From Phoenicibacter congonensis (GTDB lineage: Bacteria > Actinomycetota > Coriobacteriia > Coriobacteriales > Eggerthellaceae): a DNA stretch of 59,295 bases. Both the position numbers and the translations under genes were made by a program. The stretch is taken from NCBI GenBank assembly GCA_030530045.1, contig JAUMVS010000001.1:1-59295 (forward strand). The letters are read 5' to 3'. Below the pieces are notes generated by a model. It was not told where the DNA came from and ran no database searches. It saw only the letters and a list, made by a program, of their open reading frames with translations. Position 1 is the first letter of the stretch. The number at the start of each line of letters is the position of its first letter. Below are positions 52,789 through 59,295 of this stretch, piece after piece.

Positions 52789-53937
52789 TTGGCTGGAAAA
52801 GATTTATATGCTGTAATTGGCGTTGATAAAAACGCTACCGAACAAGAAATCAGAAAAGAATACCGCAGGAAGGCTCGTGAGCTTCATCCTGATGTTAATA
52901 AAGCCCCTGATGCTGAAGAAAAGTTCAAGGAGTTAAACGAGGCTTACGACGTTTTGTCCGACGAGAAGAAGCGTGCGCAATATGACCGCTTCGGAACAAT
53001 TCCAGGTGCTGCTGGTGGCGGCGCTGGCGGTCCAGGCTATGTTGACTTCGACGAAATCTTTGGCGGCGGCGGCGGTTTCGATGGCTTTGGTGACGTCTTC
53101 TCAAGCTTCTTTAGCGGCTTTGGTGCCAGTGCTGGCAAAAGGGTTCGCAAAGAGGGCCACGACATGCAAATTGGCCTTCGTATCACTCTTGAAGAAGTTG
53201 CAACAGGCTGCAAAAAAGAAGTTATTTATGAGCGACTTGCTCCTTGCGAGGACTGCCATGGAACAGGCATGGGTCCAAATGGTAAAGAAGTCAAGTGCGA
53301 CAAATGTAACGGAACTGGTCGTGTAGTTAGCGTCACACGCACGTTCCTCGGCGATATGCAAACAGCAACGACTTGTGATGCTTGCAACGGCACTGGCACA
53401 AAGATTGACAACCCATGTCCTGAGTGCGGCGGACAAGGAAGAGTACCTGATCGTCAAAGAGTTACAGTTGAAATCCCATCTGGCATTCAAGATGGTCAGC
53501 AACTTCGTGTTTCAGGTTATGGTGAGGCTGGCATGCAGGGCGCTATGGCTGGCGACTTGCTTGTCACGATTAGAATTCAGCGCCACGATTACTACGAGCG
53601 CCATGGAAATGACCTACATGTCTCTTTGGCTGTTCCAATGGTTCAAGCAGCTCTTGGTGCAACTCTTGAGGTCGATGGAATTCTTGAGGATGAAGTAGTT
53701 GATGTCAAGATTCCTGAAGGCACTCAAACTGGCGACAAAATTCGCGTTAAGGGTTATGGTCTTCCTAAATTCAGAGGGTCTGGACGTGGTGACATGATTA
53801 TGCACACCAAGGTCGAGATTCCTAAGAAGCTGAAGAAGAAAGAACGCGAGATTCTTGAATCTTTGGCAAAGGAAATGGGCGAGGAAACTGCCGACACACG
53901 TTCTCCTCTAGAAAAGTTAAGAGACGCGTTTAACTAA
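52789..53937 (+). CDS. dnaJ: Chaperone DnaJ (class A)
   Basis: J-domain HPD, G/F-rich region, four CxxCxGxG repeats and C-terminal substrate-binding domain. Confidence 0.97.
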   Translation: MAGKDLYAVIGVDKNATEQEIRKEYRRKARELHPDVNKAPDAEEKFKELNEAYDVLSDEKKRAQYDRFGTIPGAAGGGAGGPGYVDFDEIFGGGGGFDGFGDVFSSFFSGFGASAGKRVRKEGHDMQIGLRITLEEVATGCKKEVIYERLAPCEDCHGTGMGPNGKEVKCDKCNGTGRVVSVTRTFLGDMQTATTCDACNGTGTKIDNPCPECGGQGRVPDRQRVTVEIPSGIQDGQQLRVSGYGEAGMQGAMAGDLLVTIRIQRHDYYERHGNDLHVSLAVPMVQAALGATLEVDGILEDEVVDVKIPEGTQTGDKIRVKGYGLPKFRGSGRGDMIMHTKVEIPKKLKKKEREILESLAKEMGEETADTRSPLEKLRDAFN

Positions 53938-53952
53938 CGCCACTGCCTGTTC

Positions 53953-54744
53953 ATGCATCATTATTTTGTAGAAAATGAAAATATTGAGGAACTCTGTGAA
54001 AACGAGTTCCTCATTCAGTTTTCTTCTGTAGATAAAAACCACATAAAAGCCCAGCGTTTGAAGCCCGGCGAGCACATCACTGTTGTCGATTTGCAGAAAA
54101 ACTACTTTGAGCTAGAAATCACGAAGGTGGCAGATGGTTCCGTTTTTGCAAATGTTGCCAAGCGGGAGAATTTCAAGAATAAACCCTATTCGCTTTCAAT
54201 TTTTCAAGGAATTTCTAAAAATTCCAAGCTAGACGATGTTTTGCGCTGCGCAACTGAAATCGGTTGCAGTGCTTTTTATGCTGTTAACATGGAGAGATCC
54301 GTTGCCAAAATTAAGGAATCTTCAATTGGCAACAAGCTTGACAGGTTTAATTCAATTGCCAGAAGCGCATCAATGCAGTCGGGTCGAGTTGACATTCCAA
54401 GCGTGTCAATCATTAATTCAAGCAAAGACTTTTTAGAAGAGCTATCAGCCTTCGACCTTGTGATTGTTTTTTGGGAACAGGCAAAAGAAACTGACACAGT
54501 TGAGCTTGCAATTAGCTCAATTGCAGGAGGAGAGTCGGCGTGCGCATCTGACAACAGACAACCAATTAAAAATGTTGCAGTAGTTGTTGGGCCTGAAGGC
54601 GGAATTTCTCCAGCTGAAATCGATTCAATAAAGGCATCGTCTAACTGCCATGTGTGCACACTTGGAGACACAATTCTTCGCACTGAAACTGCAGGCATCG
54701 TGTCATGCGCTATCGTAAATCACCTGCTTGGGAGCACACTTTAA
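53953..54744 (+). CDS. rsmE: 16S rRNA m3U1498 methyltransferase
   Basis: ATEIG, ASMQSGR, VGPEGGIS and LGDTILRTETA motifs. Confidence 0.93.
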   Translation: MHHYFVENENIEELCENEFLIQFSSVDKNHIKAQRLKPGEHITVVDLQKNYFELEITKVADGSVFANVAKRENFKNKPYSLSIFQGISKNSKLDDVLRCATEIGCSAFYAVNMERSVAKIKESSIGNKLDRFNSIARSASMQSGRVDIPSVSIINSSKDFLEELSAFDLVIVFWEQAKETDTVELAISSIAGGESACASDNRQPIKNVAVVVGPEGGISPAEIDSIKASSNCHVCTLGDTILRTETAGIVSCAIVNHLLGSTL

Positions 54745-55913
54745 TGGGATTTGCTGTTCTAAATCTTGGCTGCAGGGTAAACCGCGCAGAATCTGACCTC
54801 ATTACTAAAAAAATGAGCGAAACTGATGTTTTAGTTCCGCTTGAAGAGGCCGATGTAATTTTTGTTAACACTTGCACTGTAACTAGCACTGCTGAGAAAA
54901 AAACCCGAAAAACTGTTAGGGGAGTGCTTGAGAAAAATAAGCAGGCGCGCGTTGTTGTTACAGGTTGTGCTGCTGAAATTTCCCACGATTTTTATGAGGG
55001 ACTTTCCGACAGAATTTCTGTAGTTAGCAAATTTGATTTGATTGGAAATGCGCCTCTACCTCTTGATTTTGGTAAAAACGAAACATCAAGAGTTAATGTA
55101 AAAATCCAAGACGGCTGCAATAACGAATGTACTTTCTGCATTGTTCACGTGGCACGAGGCAAAAGCATTTCCACGCCGAAAGCCGATGTTTTGCGTCAGT
55201 GCATTTCACTTGATGAGCAAGGTGCTTGCGAAATTGTTTTGACTGGCATTAACTTGGGTAATTATTCTGACCCTTCTCTTGCAAGTTTGCTCGAAGAGTT
55301 GCTTGAAAAGACGAATGTTTGCCGTTTTAGAATTTCTAGCATTGAGCCGCCAGAAGTCACCGATGAACTTCTCCATGTCATTAAAAATTCAGAAGGTAGA
55401 GTTTGTCACCATCTCCACATGCCACTTCAGTCGGGCTCAAATGAGATTTTAAAGCAGATGAACAGGCACTATAGCGCCGATGAATTCCGCACGATTTGCA
55501 ATAAGATTTATGACTTAATGCCCGATTTTTCGCTCTCGACTGACATCATTGTTGGCTTTCCTGGTGAGAGTGACGGCGATTTTGATGACACGCTAAATTT
55601 AAGTCGCGATGTACATTTCTCAAAAATTCACGTTTTTCCCTATTCAAAGCGCGAAGGAACACCTGCGTGTTACATGGAAAATCAAGTGCCCGATTCAGTA
55701 AAGAAGGCAAGGGCTAAAGAGCTGCGTGATTTAAACGATGAGCTCCGTCGTGCAGAATTCATGAAACGAGTGGGTGATAGCGAGCTTGTTGTAACCGAGA
55801 ACAACAATAAAGCTACAACCGATTCGTTCTTCACAATTGAGTCGCCATTGTTTAAAACGCCTGGTAAACTAATGAATGTGAAATTAACTTCAGATATGTT
55901 TTGCGAAGAATAG
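54744..55913 (+). CDS. mtaB: tRNA methylthiotransferase, MtaB-like
   Basis: LGCRVNRAES, NTCTVT, VTGC, KIQDGCNNECTFC, HMPLQSG, DIIVGFPGE and HVFPYSKREGT motifs. Start reset to ATG 54744 (TAATG overlap with rsmE). Confidence 0.88.
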   Translation: MGFAVLNLGCRVNRAESDLITKKMSETDVLVPLEEADVIFVNTCTVTSTAEKKTRKTVRGVLEKNKQARVVVTGCAAEISHDFYEGLSDRISVVSKFDLIGNAPLPLDFGKNETSRVNVKIQDGCNNECTFCIVHVARGKSISTPKADVLRQCISLDEQGACEIVLTGINLGNYSDPSLASLLEELLEKTNVCRFRISSIEPPEVTDELLHVIKNSEGRVCHHLHMPLQSGSNEILKQMNRHYSADEFRTICNKIYDLMPDFSLSTDIIVGFPGESDGDFDDTLNLSRDVHFSKIHVFPYSKREGTPACYMENQVPDSVKKARAKELRDLNDELRRAEFMKRVGDSELVVTENNNKATTDSFFTIESPLFKTPGKLMNVKLTSDMFCEE

Positions 55914-55928
55914 TTAGGGTTTTTAAAT

Positions 55929-56822
55929 TTGAACATTCTAATTAACAACGAAGTTGGTGATTTGGCGCTCACAGAAGACGAAGTCACCGAATTTATAAAA
56001 CATTGCCTTCATGAAGAAGATGCTCCAGAAGAATCTGAAGTTTCGGTTTCGTTTGTTGACGAAAACCAAATCCAAGAATTAAATCGCGATTATCGCGGAA
56101 TTGACAAGCCAACCGACGTTCTTTCGTTTGAATGTGACGGCTCAATCATCGAGGATGGTGCAGAGTTTTGTGTTCTCGGTGACATCATCGTTTGTCCAAG
56201 CGTTTGCACTCGTCAAAGTGGTGATTTTGGAAACTCTCCTGACCAAGAAATGCGACTAATGCTTTGTCATGGCGTGCTGCATCTTCTTGGCTATGACCAC
56301 ATCGAACTTGATGAAGCGCATGAGATGGAGGCTAGGGAACACGAAATTTTGTCATCATGGTATGGCTATGAAATCCCTTGGGTTGAACACGATGATCATA
56401 TAGATGAGCTGAATGCTAGCGTTGAGGGCAATTTTGTCCATCACTCACTAAAAGAATCACCAATTCCAATCTTGAGTGCTTTTAAGTTTGCATTTCAAGG
56501 TGTTGCGCATGGCATTGCAACTCAGCGCAACTTCAAAATTCATATTCCCGCTGCAATCATAGCGATTATTCTTGGTTTGCTATTAGGCCTTGATGCGACC
56601 TCAATAGCAATCATTGTTGTTTGTGTTTTCGTTGTGCTTGCCTTCGAGCTCGTCAACACGGCTGTTGAATCAATCGTTGACCTTGTTAGCCCTAAGTGGG
56701 CAGAACTTGCGAAATATGCGAAGGATTGCGCTGCTGGTGCAGTTCTCCTCTCGGCAATTATGAGCATCATTGTTGGTCTTTTGCTTTACGTACCAGCAAT
56801 TCTTAAACTATTTGGAAATTAA
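55929..56822 (+). CDS. ybeY: Fusion of rRNA maturation RNase YbeY and a prokaryotic diacylglycerol/undecaprenol kinase (DgkA/UdpK)
   Basis: N-half has LNRDYRGIDKPTDVLSF, LGDI and HGVLHLLGYDH. C-half has AFKFAFQG...QRNFKIH, AFELVNTAVESIVD and AKDCAAGAV with three hydrophobic helices. One uninterrupted ORF. Confidence 0.9.
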   Translation: MNILINNEVGDLALTEDEVTEFIKHCLHEEDAPEESEVSVSFVDENQIQELNRDYRGIDKPTDVLSFECDGSIIEDGAEFCVLGDIIVCPSVCTRQSGDFGNSPDQEMRLMLCHGVLHLLGYDHIELDEAHEMEAREHEILSSWYGYEIPWVEHDDHIDELNASVEGNFVHHSLKESPIPILSAFKFAFQGVAHGIATQRNFKIHIPAAIIAIILGLLLGLDATSIAIIVVCVFVVLAFELVNTAVESIVDLVSPKWAELAKYAKDCAAGAVLLSAIMSIIVGLLLYVPAILKLFGN

Positions 56823-56837
56823 AGCGAGAATTTGTAA

Positions 56838-57791
56838 ATGGATTTAGACGCCTACTTCAGCGAAAACCCCAGTTCTGAGGAAAATTTACTCGATGTGCCA
56901 GAAGGCTTTCGAAGCGGATTTGTAACTTTTGTCGGCCGTCCGAATTCTGGCAAATCGACTCTGTTAAACGCTTTGGTCGGCAAAAAAGTTGCTATTACCT
57001 CTAAAGTTGCGAACACAACTCGCCATCGCTTTTCAGGCGTTATCAACCGCGATGACTGCCAAATTGTTATTGTTGACACTCCTGGCATTCACAAGCCAAA
57101 AGACGTTATGGGCGAAGAGCTCAACCTAGCTGCTCATCAAGCGCTGCAAGACACCGATGTTGTTTGCTTTTTAGTGGACGCAACTTCTCCCTTCGGAACA
57201 GGAGATGCTTGGGTTTTAGATGAAGTCAAGAAATGCAATTCCGCCAAGTTTTGCCTAATCACTAAGACCGACATCGCTAGCGAAGCTCAAATTTTGTCTC
57301 AAATTCAAACTGTTTCAGAGAAGTTTGATTTTGATGAAATCATTCCAATTTCTGCAGTGTCTAGCTCTAATGTAGAAGTGCTTGTTGATCTGATTAAGGA
57401 AAAGCTTCCGCTTGGCCATCGCTGGTTTGGCAAGCAAGAGTCAAGCGATGTTGATGATTACGTCTACACCTCAGAGCTCGTGCGCGAAAAAATCTTGATG
57501 GACCTAAAAGATGAGCTCCCGCATTCTATCGGCGTTGTAACCGACGACATCTATGAGTCAGCAAACGGAAAAACATTAAACGTTCTCACAACAATTTATG
57601 TTGAGCGTGACTCTCAAATTGGCATTGTCATTGGCAAGGGTGGCTCTGAGCTTAAAAGAATTGGCAAAAACGCGCGCGTCGAAATGGAAGATTACTTCAA
57701 AAAGAAAGTTAATCTTCAGCTTTCTGTAAAGTTGAAGAAAAACTGGAGACGCGACGAAAACGCCATTAAAAAATTTGGCTACTGCCAATAA
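56838..57791 (+). CDS. era: GTPase Era
   Basis: GRPNSGKST, TTR, DTPG, TKTD, REK...ELPHS and KH domain VIGKGG. Confidence 0.96.
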   Translation: MDLDAYFSENPSSEENLLDVPEGFRSGFVTFVGRPNSGKSTLLNALVGKKVAITSKVANTTRHRFSGVINRDDCQIVIVDTPGIHKPKDVMGEELNLAAHQALQDTDVVCFLVDATSPFGTGDAWVLDEVKKCNSAKFCLITKTDIASEAQILSQIQTVSEKFDFDEIIPISAVSSSNVEVLVDLIKEKLPLGHRWFGKQESSDVDDYVYTSELVREKILMDLKDELPHSIGVVTDDIYESANGKTLNVLTTIYVERDSQIGIVIGKGGSELKRIGKNARVEMEDYFKKKVNLQLSVKLKKNWRRDENAIKKFGYCQ

Positions 57792-57912
57792 CTCCTTGAA
57801 TTATTTCTGTTGCATTTTTCTATTCGGTAGGTGCGGAAATATTTAAACTTTGCGCACTGCTATATAATAAATTCATCTTTTTTGCAGCTTAAAAACAAAG
57901 GTTAAATGATCA

Positions 57913-59295
57913 ATGATTTGTCCTAAATGTGGAACCCCAAACAGAGCATCAGCTAAGTTTTGCGACGAGTGTGGATACGAACTTCCAAGCGTTGCTCCAA
58001 TAGCATCTGCCATGTTCGATGACGAGGAGCATGTTGCAACTTGCATTCCTAAATCAGCGCCAACCGCTGATCTTTCTGGCGTTGACAACACGAACGATTC
58101 ATCGTTTGTTGAGGTTTCTGACGACGAGCAGTCATTATCAAATGAGCCTGAAACTACAGAAGTAAATGATGAAGAAAATTCAGCTGACGAATCTCAAGCT
58201 GTGAGCGATTCAGAAGATAATCAAGAGTTTGTCCCTGACGATGCAGAGCAGGTTGAAGAATATCCTAGTGATATTACTGCTGTTTTTGACCCTGTCGAGA
58301 TTAACGCTGGCGACGCTCATGCTGTTAGCGACTCAGAAATCACTGCTCGAATTGGAAACATCTACGACAACGATGAATATGCTGGCAAAACAGCCCAACT
58401 TGAGCCTCTCGGTTTTGATCCTGCTGAGTTCTCACATTTAGACGCTGACAAAACTGCTGAGTTTGCACCAGTTGCTGAAAGCGATAAACCTGCGTCGAAG
58501 GCTGGTTCAGTTTCTCCAAAGACCTATTCTGCAAATGCAACACAGAAGAAAAAGGGCCTCGACTCCATTAAGAAAAGAAACTTGATCATCGGTGCGGTTG
58601 TAGTGGTTTTGATTGCAGGCCTCGTTGGCTTGACCTACGCATTGCAATTGTGGGGCGGCAAAGTTATCCCTGATGTTTGCGGCCTTCAAGAAGCCGACGC
58701 TAAAGCTCAAATTGAAGCATGTGGCTTCAAAGTTGAAACCGAGCAAATCGCAAGCGATGATGTTTCTGGAATTGTTTTATCAACTGAGCCTGGGGTCGGT
58801 TCACGTGCAGAAGCTGGCTCAACTGTAACTCTTCAAATTTCAGTTAAGCGCGTTATCCCTAACATTGTTGGCATGACAAAAGAAAACGCGCAGCGTGTAA
58901 TGGATAAAAACGGGTTTACAAACGTTGAATACACTACAGAAAAATCGGACGAAGACGAGGGTAAGGTGCTTTCTGTGTCGCCTGAAGTTGACATTCGTTG
59001 CAAGGCTGACGCACGCGTAACCGTTGTTGTTGCTGAGCCATATCGTGTTCCTGATGTGTCTGGAAAGACCGAGGAAGAAGCCATCGATGCAATTAAAGAG
59101 GCAGGATTTAAGGTCACAACCACTGAGGCCTACGATGAAAACAGCACAGAAGGCACAGTTCTTTCAGTTAGCCCTGACGTCAACTCAGCTTTAAAGACTG
59201 GATCAGAGGTGCAGCTCACAATTTGCATTCATCGCTCGACAAAACTTGTCCAGCTTGCAGGGCAATATTTTGACAACCTCAATGGTGAGTTCACG
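57913..59295 (+). CDS. Zinc-ribbon / acidic disordered region / TM / three PASTA-domain protein (3' end runs off the window)
   Basis: Not in the ORF track; translated by hand. MICPKCGTPNRASAKFCDECGYEL, then about 190 aa D/E/S-rich, TM LIIGAVVVVLIAGLVGLTYAL, and PASTA repeats starting IPDVCG, IPNIVG and VPDVSG. Confidence 0.88.
   Translation, partial: MICPKCGTPNRASAKFCDECGYELPSVAPIASAMFDDEEHVATCIPKSAPTADLSGVDNTNDSSFVEVSDDEQSLSNEPETTEVNDEENSADESQAVSDSEDNQEFVPDDAEQVEEYPSDITAVFDPVEINAGDAHAVSDSEITARIGNIYDNDEYAGKTAQLEPLGFDPAEFSHLDADKTAEFAPVAESDKPASKAGSVSPKTYSANATQKKKGLDSIKKRNLIIGAVVVVLIAGLVGLTYALQLWGGKVIPDVCGLQEADAKAQIEACGFKVETEQIASDDVSGIVLSTEPGVGSRAEAGSTVTLQISVKRVIPNIVGMTKENAQRVMDKNGFTNVEYTTEKSDEDEGKVLSVSPEVDIRCKADARVTVVVAEPYRVPDVSGKTEEEAIDAIKEAGFKVTTTEAYDENSTEGTVLSVSPDVNSALKTGSEVQLTICIHRSTKLVQLAGQYFDNLNGEFT

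Overview
Gene-dense core chromosomal segment of an anaerobic bacterium. It is most likely a low-GC Coriobacteriia/Eggerthellaceae member; this is inferred from the uvrC-rapZ-yvcK-whiA-gap-pgk, hemW-hrcA-dnaJ-rsmE-mtaB-ybeY-era and rplS-rnhB-yraN-comM-dprA-trmFO-xerC gene orders, not from a database hit. In order, the window holds: a minus-strand ilvA-ridA-leuA-leuC-leuD-leuB operon; rplS; rnhB; a yraN-comM-dprA transformation/recombination cluster; trmFO-xerC; uvrA plus a membrane protein; gdhA; a 10-gene pur cluster (purE,C,F,M,N, stand-alone IMP cyclohydrolase-like, truncated purH, purD, fused purL, purB); mgtE; an accessory-looking J-domain/HIRAN/Sel1-repeat three-gene operon; bioY; an AddB/AddA-like nuclease-helicase pair; uvrC-rapZ-yvcK-whiA; gap-pgk-dusB-hemW; CIRCE-hrcA-dnaJ-rsmE-mtaB; a YbeY-diacylglycerol/undecaprenol kinase fusion; era; and a kinase-less zinc-ribbon/PASTA membrane protein that runs off the window. 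No tRNA, rRNA, CRISPR array, IS or prophage was seen. The best novelty candidates are the J-domain-HIRAN-Sel1 operon, five 11-bp-phased TTCAC boxes upstream of yraN-comM-dprA, the YbeY-DgkA fusion, and repeated T-A-x-hydrophobic motifs in the PASTA protein.
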